Shown here: piece after piece, positions 1 to 13,240 of the stretch
Numbering within the stretch: the stretch's first letter is position 1
Layout of the letters: each line of letters opens with the position of its first letter
DNA from: the human T2T-CHM13v2.0 reference genome, Homo sapiens
Strand: one strand, 5' to 3'
DNA: 64,000 nucleotides
Assembly: GCF_009914755.1 (NCBI RefSeq)
Contig: NC_060927.1
The notes under the pieces: generated by a model
Told to the model about the DNA's origin: nothing
Database searches by the model: none
The model's input: the letters and a program-made list of their open reading frames with translations, nothing else
Made by a program: the position numbers and the translations under genes

Positions 1-1398
1 GGCAGTTGAGGCTGCTCATCTGGGAAAGTGGGTGCTCCAACTGCCTGGAGCTCTGCCTGGATATGAAGCAGACAGGGCCCCATTGGACCCAGATCTCTGC
101 ACAGGAAGGGTGAGGTGGCTCAGGCTGATGATCTTGGCAAGTGGGTACTCCAAATACCTGGAGATCAGCCTGTGCATAAAGTAGAGAGTGTCCCACTGCA
201 CCAGGATCTCTGTACAGGATGAATGAGGTCACCCTTGGGCTGCTAAATGAAGCAAGAAAGTGCTCTAAATGCTTGGAAATCTATTTGGATGTGAAGTGGA
301 GAGGATCTCCTTGCACCAGGATTTTTATACAGGAAGGGTAGGGTGGCTCAGGCTGCCAATCTGGGCAAACAATTGCTTTGAATACCTTAAGATCTGCTTC
401 AGTATGGAGCAGAGAGGGCCCTGTTGCACCATAATATATGTATGTCCAGTAAGGGTGGTGTAGCCTAGATTGCTAATCCAGGACAGCAGATGCTCCAAGA
501 GCTTGGAGATCTGCCTAGGCATGGAGTGGGCTCCACTTTACCATGATCTATGCCCAAAATGGTTGGGCAGCTCAGGCTGCTGGTCTAGGCAAGCATGTGC
601 CCTGAATGCCTGCAATTCTGTCTGGGGGTGAAGCCGAGAGGGCCCCATTGCACACTGCACCAGGATCTCAGGGGAGCAGGCTGGAGCACTCAGCAATGAC
701 ACAAGCAGATCAGTTCCAGGTCATCAAACTGGACCAGGTTGCAAGTCTCAGTGCCCAGAAGTAACCACTGCTGCAGCAGCTCTCCTCTCACCCCAGCCTG
801 TAATGGGGAAGGACAAAACTACGGTGCCTACTGCTGAAGACTTTCCACAGTTCTGGCTGTGGAGGCCCTACCCCACTCCAGAGCAAGTAGGCCAATCTTT
901 GGTCTCAGACTAAAATGTCTGCACAGCCACACTGCAGAGTCACCAAAGAATGGCTGACTTGGTATGTACCTGAATTGAAAATGGCATCCTGCTCTGGGTC
1001 CTGGTGTGGGAAAATGCCTGCAGCATTTCCCAGTATCTTCTCCTCTCAGTGTCTCCAGGCTTTCCCCAAGTTAGCTCCAGGGATTGGGAGGAACAAAGAA
1101 TTCTCCCTCAGCCTGGGTTGCTCAGATCCTAAGTGGAAAAGTGAGTCACAGAGGGAGGCTCTCTGCCTCTCCCACATACTGGGGCTTCACTCACTTTTAT
1201 TAGCCCGATGTCAATTAGCATGTCAATGCTGTTTGCCAGCATTCTCCTCCCCAGATCTGAAGTGTCCTTCATGATTACAGTGGATTCCTGTTTTCCTTCT
1301 TGAATTAAAGCTCACAGAGTTGATCTTTATGCACTATCTTGCTATTTCCAATTGGCTGAAGCATCCTAAAGCCTCTAATCGGCCATCTTGGAAAAAAA
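1..1398 (-). mobile_element. 5' UTR of an old L1 (L1PB/L1M-type), continuing beyond the window start
   Basis: The minus strand begins ...CCAAGATGGCCGATTAGAGG (typical L1 5' end, YY1 motif at 1380-1391). The GC-rich UTR has ~115-bp degenerate tandem units (gagatctgcctgg-like cores near 44, 157, 271, 385, 501, 608). Confidence 0.75.
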
Positions 1399-1436
1399 TT
1401 CTAGAAATTTAATTTTAGATATGTTGTTGCCTTAAC

Positions 1437-1795
1437 TGCTATGATGTGAATGTTTGTGTCTCCCCCGAATTCATGTGTTGAAACCTAAACAGCCAGGCAA
1501 TAGTTTTAGGAGGTGGGGCCTTTGGGAGGTGATTAAGTCGTCAGGGCAGAACCCTCATGAATGGGGATAGTACCCTTATAGAAGAGGCCCCAGAGAGCTC
1601 CCTGGCCCCTGCCACCACATGAAGGAGGACAAAGCTAGCATGTCTCATCTATGAACCAGATAGCAGGCCCTTGCCAGACATCAAATCTGCCAGTGCCTTG
1701 GTCTTAGACTTCTCAATCTCCAGAAATGTGAGAAATAAATTTTGTTGTTTATAAGCCACCCAGTTTTTGATATTTTAAGTTCCAACAGACTGACA
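1437..1795 (+). mobile_element. MLT1A/MLT1A0-type MaLR solo LTR
   Basis: tgctatg...gaatgtttgtgtc start, ggaggtggggcctttgggaggtgatt core, gtgagaaataaatt...ataagccacccag end in tgaca; near-TSD ttaac/ataac. Confidence 0.85.
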
Positions 1796-1799
1796 ATAA

Positions 1800-2220
1800 C
1801 TCATTGCATACACCAATGGAGATGTTGAAAAATAAGTTTGATACATGCACCCAGAATTCAGGGGAGAGCTCTCAGTCAAGAGAAGTAAATTTGGGAGAAA
1901 TTATCATATAAATTGTATTTAAATCCATGAGAATGGATAAATCACCTATAGAGTGAGTACAAGAACACTTATAAGAATAAGTTTCAAAAGTAAACCCTCA
2001 TGCAAAACAGCTATATACCCTGTAAGGAAATAGTGGCCTTCAAAGTAAGAATAGAATCAAGAAGTTATGGGAAGGAGGCACTTCAAGAATGAGCAACGGA
2101 ATATATTAAATGTTGGGGATGATTCAACATATTCGACTGAAAATTAGCCATTGCTTTTAGTAAAGTGGAACTTATTGTTGATCTTGGCAAAAGCTTATTT
2201 TAGTTTAAATTGGAAAATTA
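1800..2220 (-). mobile_element. L2 fragment
   Basis: Purine-rich L2 antisense motifs (gaattcaggggagag, aatttgggag, tttaaatccatgagaatggat). Confidence 0.55.
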
Positions 2221-2679
2221 AGGTTTTTTTATTGAAGGAGCAAACTACTTTTGTTTATGTTTACCTGAAGGCATATATCTTAAGATATTATCTTAGGTCT
2301 ATGTTGGTGATAGAAATAAAACAACAAATAAAATCTTTAAGTAGAGAAATCACGGCACAGCTGTTGTTCCACTAATCAAAGACATAACTGAAGCAGTGAA
2401 CATTCAGAGAAAGTCAGCTAAATGATCAAAACAGTTCATGGTAATTTGAGATAAGAATATGTTTGTCTAAAAAGTTGAAGACAAAAAAAGTCTAACATAT
2501 TTGAATATATGCAATAGAAAAGAAAAGGAAAATGATGATATTTTCCTAAATTCCTGATTATGTCACTTAGCAGATACCCTCTGATACTTAAAAAATGCTG
2601 TGTTTATGTATAACACATACACACACTCACACACTCAATTTAATCACTTAAAAGCCTTTCAAACGTGTAACCATACATT

Positions 2680-3505
2680 GATCCAACCATCATCTCACCC
2701 TCCCTCACACAATATCTTCACTGCTTTTTTACCCAATTTAGGTCAATGATGACTCGTCACAATCAGTCTTTTGCCTTGGTTTTCAAACTTTCTGGCCTCT
2801 TTGCTCTTTAGCATGTCCACTGAAAAAAAAATCAATTCTAGTTATATAAAATTCTGCATATTTTGCCCCAGCATCTGTCCAGCTGAATGAACACTGTTAG
2901 AAGAACACATAACTATACTGATTTATTTCCTTTTAGTTCATGACCACTTGCACCAAATGAGTCATTAGTGTAACCTAAATAATCCTGTTAAGTTTTCCTG
3001 TATACTTCCCTATACAAAAAGACTAACTCATCTAATTTGTTCTCATTTTCTTTTTCATCCTCATTTTCAGACAATGGCAAGGCTTCTGATTTCACCAAGT
3101 CATCATTAAGAATCAGGAAAAAAAAAGAAGGAAAAATAATGATATTTTTTCTCTGACAGATGACCCATTTTAAATTCATACATACTCATATACTCTGTTT
3201 TACATCTTGCCACAATTAAACTAATGTGTGTTCTGTTACCTAAGCTAGTCTATCCATCTAGGTACTAAATTCTGTGACTTTTGCTTTCTCTAACACAGTA
3301 GTTTTTCAATTATCCCCACTGTATCCTACATCAACATTTCTTTTTAGTGAAAATTTTCAGGTATATACCTAGCTATTTTGCTCATCTTACAATGAATTAT
3401 CTTTAATATTCAACCTAATATGCATTGAATAAAATAGTTGTATAAACTTGCTCTCTCTAAACATATTTCTTACATGCTTTCCTGAACTCATTTCAATCAA
3501 ACTTT
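2680..3505 (+). mobile_element. Degenerate L2 fragments
   Basis: Pyrimidine-rich L2-ORF2-like sequence; highly diverged. Confidence 0.4.
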
Positions 3506-3509
3506 GGAA

Positions 3510-3680
3510 AAGGAATGTTTACTGGAAAGTAATATAAAGGAAATTTCCGGAGGGCCATAAATGATCTGTATCTTATTTTGTGTTACTCATATGTATACAA
3601 TTGTCAAAACTCATTGAATTGAACACTTAAGACCTGTGTTTCATATAATACATAAATTATACCTCAAAAAAAAGAAAAAA
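3510..3680 (+). mobile_element. L1ME 3' end fragment
   Basis: gtcaaaactcattgaattgaacacttaaga...aaattatacctcaaaaaaa terminal motif. Confidence 0.65.
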
Positions 3681-5197
3681 ACTATAAGGTAGCCATAGAA
3701 GAAAGCACTGCTGTCAGCTCCCTATCTCCTACCAGAAAAAGAGCACCTATGGAGAGATTTCATTTTACAAAGGAGAACCCCTAAAAGGAAGCATGAGAGA
3801 GGACAAACCCAAAATAAAAAGAATTGACAGGGTGGTGGAAATACAATCAAGAATATAAATCTATCGATTTTAGGGATTCCAGTTTCCAAGTTGTATAATT
3901 TTGTCCTTCAGAGACGAATGTAACAGTTTACCCAGGCTAAGGAATTTATGGGCAGTTAAGTTAGGCAGGGGATTTGGCAAGTGGAATAGCTGAAACAATG
4001 GGACAATGATCAAAAAAAGGATGTTGTCTACATGTCCCTGGAAAGCAAGTGTAATTGAAGAAAGGGAGTGAGAACGTTAGTAAGAGAGGATATTTGGGCA
4101 AGAAAGTATTAATAACATATTGAGTGTAAGTTTGCCATGTACTGACAGTCATCTATACAGAACTTTAAAAGAACATTAACAATGGAGTGCAATTTATCTG
4201 CCATTCACTAGTTAAGTTACCCCCAATAAGTCATATTGCTCATCTACTACAATTTCATTTGCCATGGAAAAGATTTTCTGTGTATTCACATATTAGTGGC
4301 AATGATTGAGACAATTTATACAAAAGCATTCGATAGTCTATTAAACATGATTCAAATATAAGGGATTATCAGGAGATATTTTTCACCATCAAATGCCTAG
4401 CATTGTCATTAATAATTCTTTACAAAATGAACCAAATAATATATTGTAGCTATTTTTTATAAGCTGGTTTTCATTGACCCTTAAAAATATCTATCAAAAT
4501 ATGTTATGACACAAAGCTTTGTCAGGAAGCCATTCATTCATTTCTTTGAGCTAATCAAAGAAAGAATTTAGATTTTACTTAGAATACCTTTTCCTTTAAG
4601 AGATTTGCATGAAACTAGCAAACGCAGTAGCTTTAATCAGCAGTTCTTTGAAAAAGTTCTTTAACAAAAGCCTCACAGCAGATGATCACATAATAAAAAA
4701 TGTGTCCATTAGCTAAACATTAACACAACACATTAACTGTATGTTTTCTTTGATTAACACATACATTCTCATAATGTGATAAATTATTGTGATTTTATTG
4801 TTATAGATGCATATAATTCTTTTTGTATATGTGTGTGTGGAGAGCAAATATTCAATTAGAGCTCCTGACTGAAAAACTATCATCTCATAAACTAAATAAA
4901 TTATTTCAGGCTACAAAATTATTTTATGGTATGCATTATATTAGTCAAAATGTCAACCCAGATATAAAAAATTATCAGTTTAATTATGAAAGACATAGCT
5001 TCCCCTTTGATTTTTTTTCTACATGAAAAAGGCACATGTTACTTACACTTAAGATTTTTTCTACAAGTATATTTTAAAGAATTTGCTTTACTGAATGTCT
5101 TAAGTATCTACTATTTTATTCCTTTTCTATTTTTATTTTTGATACTCTTTCTGTACACAATAATATGGTATTTTTGGAAAAGGTTATGGATCTCTTG

Positions 5198-5646
5198 GCA
5201 TATTAGTTTCCTAGGGCTGCCATAAGAAACAGCCACAAAGTGGGTGGTTTAAACCACAGAAATTTGACTCGGTTCTGGATACTGGAAGTTCAAAGTCAAG
5301 GCATAGGGAGAGCCACTCTTCTCTGATGGCTCCAGGGAATGATCCTTCCTCACCTCTTCCTAGCCTCAGGTGGTAGCTTTCAATCCCTAGTGTTACTTAG
5401 CTTTCAGCTACATCACCCCAATGTCTGTTTCTATCATCACATGACATTCTCCCTCTGTGTTCTTGGTGTCTCTTCTCTTCTTCTAACAAGGACACCAATC
5501 ACATTAAATTAGAGCTCACTTTAATTGAATATCATCTCATCTTAATTTGATTTCATCTACAAAGACCCTATTTGCTAATAAGATCACACTCAGAAGTACT
5601 GCAGTTATGACATATCTACTTGGGGGAAACAATTGAGCCCATAACA
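5198..5646 (-). mobile_element. MLT1C-type MaLR solo LTR
   Basis: tattagtttcctagggctgccataa...cacaaagtgggtggtttaaaccacagaaatt; caaagaccctattt; ends cccataaca. Confidence 0.8.
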
Positions 5647-5874
5647 GTGTGAATCTTGTTGAATACATGGAGAGCCAGTTGTAGGACTAATATTCTCTAA
5701 GCAGTTAAAATCAGAATGCATGAAGCTTCCAGATTGATCCACATCCTAGGTAGACATTAAAAGTCTCCTGGGAATGTCTGCAAGGTAAAAGTCAGAATGA
5801 GTTGTGCCTGGCATGAGACTTGGAAGTTAACTGTGACCTCAATTTCAGGGACTCTAAGATGAAGAGGATAATTT

Positions 5875-6170
5875 TTTTAAAAAGTCTTTTGTTTGGAAAC
5901 AATAATAGATTCATAGGAAGTTTCAAAAATGGTATAGAGAAGTCTAGTGTATCTTTCACTCAATTTCCCCCAGTGGTTTTATCACATCTAATTATAGCCT
6001 AATAAAAATCAGGATGTTGACATTATTAAAAAATGTGTTAAATTCTGTCATTTCATTTCATGTGTAGAATCCTATAATTACCAATGCAATGAAGTTACAG
6101 AACGATGCCATCACCATGAAGATATCTCTCATACTATCTCTTTGTGGTCACACCAATCACTTAGCTCACC
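5875..6170 (-). mobile_element. L1MC/L1ME 3' fragment
   Basis: tagattcataggaagtt...tcactcaatttcccccagtggt motifs. Confidence 0.6.
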
Positions 6171-6376
6171 TAGTTATAGGATTTGAAGTCCTATAGCATT
6201 TAAAACAAATCAGATTTTTCTAAAGTGCACACATTAAAAAAAAATGCAACAGAATGGTCTGAGACTATTGTGTGGTTAAAGAGCTTAGCATCAGGTACTG
6301 GAATCATGTCTAAGAGGGCCAATTCCTGGCTGTGTAAGCAAGAAAAGTTTTTCAAATAATTTGAGTATTTGAGTAA

Positions 6377-6679
<303 letters not shown>

Positions 6680-6680
6680 C

Positions 6681-8010
6681 ATATTTTTTTTATTTTATGT
6701 TCTGGGGTACATGTACAGAATATGCACATTTGTTACATAGGTAAACATGTGCCGTGGTGATTTGCTGCACCTAACAACCCATCACTAAGTTATTAAGCCC
6801 AGCATTCATTAGCTATTTTTCCTGATGCCCTCTGTCCACCACAGGCCTCAGTGTGTGTTGTTCCCATCCCTGTGTTTGTGTGTTCACATTGTTCAGCTCC
6901 CAAAAAGTGAGAACTTGCAGTATTTGGTTTTCTGTTCCTGCATTAGTTTACTGAGAATAATGGCTTCCAACTCCATCCATGTCCCTGCAAAGGACATGAT
7001 CTTGGTCCCATTGATGGTTTCATAGTGTTCTATAGTGTATATGTACCACATTTTCTTTATCTAGTCTATCGTTGATGGGCATTTGGGTTGATTCCATGTC
7101 TTTGCTATTGTGAATAGTGCTGCAATGAACATACACATGCAGGTATCTTTATATAAGAATAATTTATATTCCTTTGGGTATATACCCAGTAATGGGATTG
7201 CTGGGCCAAATGCTATTTCTGGTTCTAGGTCTTTGAGGAATCACCATACTGTCTTCCATAATAGTTGAACTAATTTACACTCCCACCATCAGTGTAAAAG
7301 TGTTCCTATTTCTCCACATCCTCACCAGCATCTGCTGTTTCCTGACTTTTTAATAATCACCATTCTGACTGGCAAGAGATGATATCTCATTGTGGTTTTA
7401 ATGTGCATTTCTGTAATGATCTGTGATGTTGAGCTTTTTTCTTATGTTTGTTGGCCACATAAATGTTTTCTTTTGAGAAGTGTCTGTTCATGTCCTTTGA
7501 CCACTTTTTAATGAGGTTATTTGCTTCTTTCTTGTAAATTTCTTGAAGTTCCTTGTAGATCCTGGAAATTAGACTTTGTCAGGTGGATAGATAGATTGCA
7601 AAATTTTTTTCCTCTTCTGTACATTGTATGATCACTCCCATGATCATTTCCTTTGCTGTGCAGAAGCTCTTTAGTTTAATCAGATTGCATTTGTCACTTT
7701 TTGCTTTTGTTGCAATTGCTTTTTACATTTTCATCATGAAATCTTTACTTGTGCCTATGTACTAAATTTTATTGCCTAGATTTTCTTCTAGGGTTTTTAT
7801 AGCTTTGGATTTTATGTTTAAGTCATTAATCCATCCTGAGTTAATCTTTATATAAGGTGTAAGGAAGGGATCCGGTTTCAATTTTCTGCAAATGGCTTGC
7901 CAATTTTCCCAGGAGTATTTATTAAATAGGGAATCCTTTCCCAATTGCTTGTTTTTGTCAGGTTTGTAGAAGATCAGATGGTTGTAGATTGCAGTCTCTA
8001 TTCTGCTCTA
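6681..8010 (-). mobile_element. 5'-truncated L1PA (about PA10-13): 3' UTR and ORF2 C-terminus
   Basis: 3' UTR ggggtacatgt...tgttacataggtaaac; ORF 7762-7944 [30 protein letters not shown] is L1 ORF2p. Confidence 0.92.
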
Positions 8011-8017
8011 TTGTCAG

Positions 8018-11000
8018 ACAAGCTGACTGCCAAATCAAGAATGCAAACTCATTTACAGTAGCTGCAAAAAGAAAAAAAATACCAGAGAATACATCTAACC
8101 AAGGAGGTGAAAGATCTCTGAAAGGAAAACTACAAAAGACTGTTAAAGGAAACCACAGGATACAAACAAACGAAAAAACATTCTATGCTTATGGATTGGA
8201 GGAATCAATATTGTTAAAATGGCCATACTGCCTGAAGCAATCTATAGATTTAGTGCTATTCCTAACAAACTACCAACCTCATTTTTCACAGAATTAGAAA
8301 GAAACCATTCTAAAATTCATATGGAATAAAAAAAGAGCCCAACTGGCCAAAACAATCCTAAATAAAAAGCACAGTGATGGAAGTATCACATTACACAACT
8401 TGAAACCATACAATAAAGCTAGAGTAACACAAGCAACATGGTACCAGTAAAAAAAACAGACACATAGACCAATGGAACATAATGAAGAACACAGAGGTAA
8501 AGCTAAACACCTACAGCCATCTGATTTAACACAAAGTTGACAAAAATAAGCAACAGGGAAAGAACTCCCTTTTCAATAAAAGTTGTAGTGATAGCTGGCT
8601 ATTCATATTCAGAAGTGTGAAGCTGGACCTTTTCTAACACCGTATTCAAAAACTAACTGAAAATGGATTAAATATTTAAATGGGGCATCTCAAACTATGA
8701 GAATCCTAGAAGAAAACCTAAAAAATATCATTCTGAACATCAGCATTGGCAAAGATTTTATGACTAACTCCTCAAAAGCAACTGCAAAAAAAACCAAAAG
8801 TCTGCAAGTGTGACCTAACTAAACTAAAGAGCCTATTCACAACAAAAGAAACTATCAACAGAGTAAACAGACAACCTACAGAATGGGACAAAATAACTGC
8901 AACTACATATATTAGTTCATTTTCATGCTGCTGATAAAGACATGCCCAAGCCTGGGAAGGAAAATAAGTTTAATAGGCTTACAGTTCCACATGGCTGGGG
9001 AGGCCTCACAATCATGGCAGATGGCAAGGAGGAGCAAGTCAAGTCTTACATGGATGGCAGCAGGCAAAGAGAGAGTTTGTGCAAGGGAACTCCTGTTTTT
9101 AAAACCATCAGATCTTGTGAGACTTATTCACTACTGTGAGAGCAGCACAAGAAAGACACGACCCATGATTCAGTTACCTCCCACTGGGTCCCTCCCATGA
9201 CATGGGAGAATTGCGGGAGTTACAATTCCAGATAAAATTTTGGTAGGGACACACTAAAACCATATCATTCTACCCCTGGCCCCTACCAAATGTCATGTCC
9301 TCACATTTCAAAACCAATCATGCCTTCCCAACAGTCCCCCAAAGTCTTAACTCATTTCAGCATTAATTCTAAAGTCTAAAGCCCAAAGTCTTATCTGAGA
9401 GAAGTCCCTTCTGCCTATGAGCCTGTAAAACCAAAAACAAGCTAGTTACTTCCTAGATACAATGAGAGTACAGGTATTGGGTAAATACAACCATTCCAAA
9501 TGGGAGAAATTGGCCAAAACCAAGGGGTACAGGGCCTGTGCAAGTCCAAAATTGAGTGGGGCAGTCAAATCTCAAAGCTCCAAAATGATCTCCTTTTACT
9601 TCATGTCTCACATCCAGTTCACACTGATGCAAGAAGTGGGTTCCCATGGTTTTGGGCAGCTCTGTCCCTATGGCTTTGCAGGGAGGGAGAATACAGCCTC
9701 CCTCCTGGCTGCTTTCATGGGCTGGCGTTGAGTGTCTATAGCTTTTCTGGGTACACAGTGCAAGCTGTCAGTGGATCTACCATTTTGAAGTCTGGAAGAC
9801 AGTGGCTCTTTTCTCACAGCTACGCTAGGCAGTGCCCCAGTGTGGACTCGGCTGTGGGGGTTCTCACCCCACATTTCTCCTTTGCACTGCCCTAGCAGAG
9901 GTTCTCCATGAGGGCCCCCTACAGCAAACTTCTTCCTGGACATCCAGGCATTTCCATACACCTTCTGAAATCCAGACAGAGGTTCCTAAACCTCAATCCT
10001 TGACTTCTGCACACTCACAGGCTCAACACAAAGTGGAAGCTGCCAAGACTTGGGGCTTGCATCTTCCAAAGCCATGGCCCAAGCTGTACCTTGGCCCCTT
10101 CTAGTCATGGCTGGATCAGCTGGAACACAGGTCACCAAGTCCTTAGGCTGCACACAGCAGAGGGACCCTGGGCCTGGACCATGAAACCATTTTTTCCTCT
10201 TAGGCCTACAGACATGTGATGAGAGGGGCTGCCACAAAGTTCTCTGACATACCTTGGAGACATTTTCCCCATTATCATTGTGATTAACATTTGGTTCCTC
10301 ATTACTTATGCAAATTTCTCTGTAGCTGGCTTGAATTTCTCCTCAAAAAAGGAGATTTTCTTTTCTATAACATTGTCAGGCTGCAAATGTTCTGAACTTT
10401 TATGCTCTGTTTCCCTTATGAAACTGAATGCTCTTAACAATGCCCAAGTCACCTCTTGAGTGCTTTGCTGCTTAGAAATTTCTTCTGACAGATACCCTAA
10501 ATCATTTCTCTCAAGTTCAAAATTCCACAAATCTCTAGGGCAGGGGCAAAATGCTGCCAGTCTCTTTGCTAAAACATAGCAAGAGTCACCTTTGCTCCAG
10601 TTCCCAACAAGTTCCTCATTCCATTTGAGAACACCTCAGCCTGAATTTTATTGTTCATATCACTATCAGCATTTTAGGCAAAGCCATTCAACAAGTCTCT
10701 AGGAAGTTCCTGACTTTCCCACACTTTCCTGTCTTCTTCTGAGCCCTCCAAACTGTTCCAACCTCTGTATGTTACCCAGTTCCAAGTAGCTTCCACATTT
10801 TCAGGTACCTTTTCAGCCACGCTCCACTCTGCTGGTACCAATTTACTATATTACTTCCTTTTTATGCTGCTGATAAAGACATACCTGAGACTGGGAAGAA
10901 AAATAAATTTAACAGACCTACAGTTTCACTTGGCTGTGGAAGCCTCACAATCATGGCATAAGGCAAGGAGGAGCAAGTCAAGTCTTACATGGATGGCAGC

Positions 11001-12180
11001 AAACAAAGAGAGAGTTTATGCAGGGGAACTCCCTTTCTTAAAACCATCAGATCCCCTGAGACATACTAGCTATTGCTAGAACAGCCTAAGAAAGACCCAT
11101 CCCCATGATTCAATTACCTCCCACTGGGCCCCTCCCATGGCATGTGAGAATTGTGGGAGTTACAATTCAACATGAAATTTGTGTGGTACACAGCCAAACC
11201 GTATCATTATGTATCTGAGAGATATCTAATATCCAGAATCTATAAGGAACTTAAATAATTCAATAAGGAAAAACAAATAACCCCAATAAAAAGTGGTCAA
11301 AAGACACAAACAGAGACTTCTCAAAAAAAAAAGACATACAAGCAGCCAATTAACATATGAAAAAATTATCCACATCACTAATCATCAGAGAAATGCAAAT
11401 CAAAACCACAATGAGATACCATTTCACACCACTCAGAATGACTGTTATCAAAAAATGAAAAAAATAAAAATAAAAAAATAAACAGGTACCGGTGAGGCTG
11501 CAGAGAAAAGAGAATGCTTATATACTATTGGTGGAAATGTAAACTAGTTCAGCCACTGTGGAAAGCAGTTAGGAGATTTCTCAAAGAAGTTAAAACAGAG
11601 CTGCCATTCGGCCCAGCAATCAATTCCATTACTGGCATATATTCAAAAGAAAATAAATGTTCTACCAAAAAGATGCCTGCACTTATGTGTTCATTGCAGC
11701 ACTATTCACAATAGCAAAGATATGAAATCAACCTAGGTGCCCATCAGTGATGCATTGGATGAAGAAAATGTGGTACACATACACCATAGAATACTACAGA
11801 GCCATTAAAAAATAACAAAACCATGTCCTTTTCAGCAACATGGATGGAGCTGGAGGTGATTATCTTAAGCAAATAATGCAGGAACAGAAAACCAAACACC
11901 ACATTTTCTCACTCATAAGTGGGAGCTAAACACTAAGTTCTCCTGGACATAAAGATGCCAACAATAGACTCTGGGGACTACTAAAGCAGGGCAGTTAAGA
12001 GAGTGGGGCCAGGGCTGAAAAACTATTGGCTACTATGCTCACTACTTGGGTGAAGGCATCATTCATATGCCAAACATTGCCACACAATAGACCCATGTAA
12101 CAAGCATGCACATGTACCCCCTGAATCTAAAATAAACATCATAATTATTTTTAATAAAAAGAAATAAAAATAAAATAAAA
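8018..12180 (+). mobile_element. 5'-truncated L1 (L1PA17/L1PB-like), split by the THE1 at 8908-11206
   Basis: ORF2 remnants (KLVQPLWKAVRRFLKEVKTELPF); 3' end tgcacatgtaccccctgaatctaaaata plus A-rich tail; L1 sequence is continuous across the THE1. Confidence 0.92.
8908..11206 (-). mobile_element. Full-length THE1A/B MaLR (LTRs 8908-9267 and 10847-11206, with internal region)
   Basis: Two ~360-bp direct LTRs (tattag..catgctgctgataaagacat ... aaacc[a/g]tatca) flank THE1-int; decayed 5-bp TSD ctaca/ttatg. Confidence 0.95.
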
Positions 12181-12189
12181 CTTTTAGTT

Positions 12190-12995
12190 TTTTTCTCTCA
12201 AAATTGCTCATTTCATTCTTTCTTATCATAGTTAATGAAAACTCCATTCTTCCAGTTATTCACTCTCAACATCTTGGAGATGTCCCTGATGTATCTCTAA
12301 ACTAGTCACAATTTCTGTTTTATTGTCAAAATATAACCACAGTCCAATTACTTTATCCAAGCACAGCATTACTCCTTTTCCTGCCATCATAATCTCTTAC
12401 CTGGATTGTTGCACTGGTCTTGTGAAGGTTCTTCCTGCTTTTGTCCTTGGTTTTCTAGAGCCTTTTTTTTATGTGGTGGTCAATGAGATCCTCGTAAAAT
12501 GCAAATCAGATCATATTGCCACTTGGTTAAAAAGTTTCTGTTGACTTCCTTTCTCATTCAGAATGAGAATAGAAGTCCTCACCAAGGCCTACAAAGCCGG
12601 ATATAGTTTGGCCCTGCTCTCTCCCTGATCTTGCAATCTTAGCTCCTACAAAGAGAGAGTTTATGCAGGAGAACTCCCCTTTTTACAACCATTAGATCTC
12701 ATGAGACTTATTCACTATTGCTAGAAAAGCACGAGAAAGTCCTGCCCCCATGATTCAATTACCTCCCACTGGGTCCCTCCTTCTGACTCACTTAGGACCA
12801 ATCATAGTAGCATTCCTGTTCCTCAAATTTCTAAGTATCATTCCACCTCAAGACCTTTGTACTTGCTGTTCTTTCCCTGGAATACTTTTTCCCATGATAT
12901 CCACATAGTTAATTACTGACTTCCTTCAGGTCTCTGCTCAAATATCATTTTCTGGCAATCTTCTTGAAAATCCATTAGCAACCCCTACCTTGATA
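12190..12995 (+). mobile_element. L2a fragment interrupted by a THE1 LTR piece
   Basis: ctggattgttgcactggtct, aaatgcaaatcagatcat, ccttcaggtctctgctcaaatatca L2 motifs. Confidence 0.75.
12648..12780 (-). mobile_element. 133-bp internal THE1 LTR fragment
   Basis: Ungapped match (113/133 by hand count) to 11003-11135. Confidence 0.9.
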
Positions 12996-13049
12996 CTGTT
13001 GTGCTTCTGAAACTGTTATTAATGTACTCAGATTCTGTTATTAAGGGTT

Positions 13050-13240
13050 GCCCATCTGAGTCATTTTGAAGAAAGAAGACGGCTAGCACTCTGTTTCAAG
13101 GGGCCAACCTAAACTTGGCCCTGAATCAGACACATACTGTTTTTCAAGGTGGGCTTCTGATTGAGGCTTCTGAGCTTGACTGCAGACACTGGTCAAAGTC
13201 CAGAGGCAGAGAGTAACCAATGGTGGCTCCAGATAACTCG
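13050..13240. promoter_or_regulatory. Candidate enhancer (AP-1, HNF4 DR1, CCAAT, GATA motifs)
   Basis: TGAGTCA 13057-13063, TGGTCAAAGTCCA 13190-13202, CCAAT 13217-13221, AGATAA 13231-13236, in non-repeat DNA with higher GC than its surroundings. Confidence 0.4.

Noticed and set aside
9453-10530. Similar ORFs recurring at ~9.5-10.5, 46.9-47.5 and 53.6-54.4 kb that look like a gene family
   Set aside because: They are decayed THE1 internal sequence in three copies.
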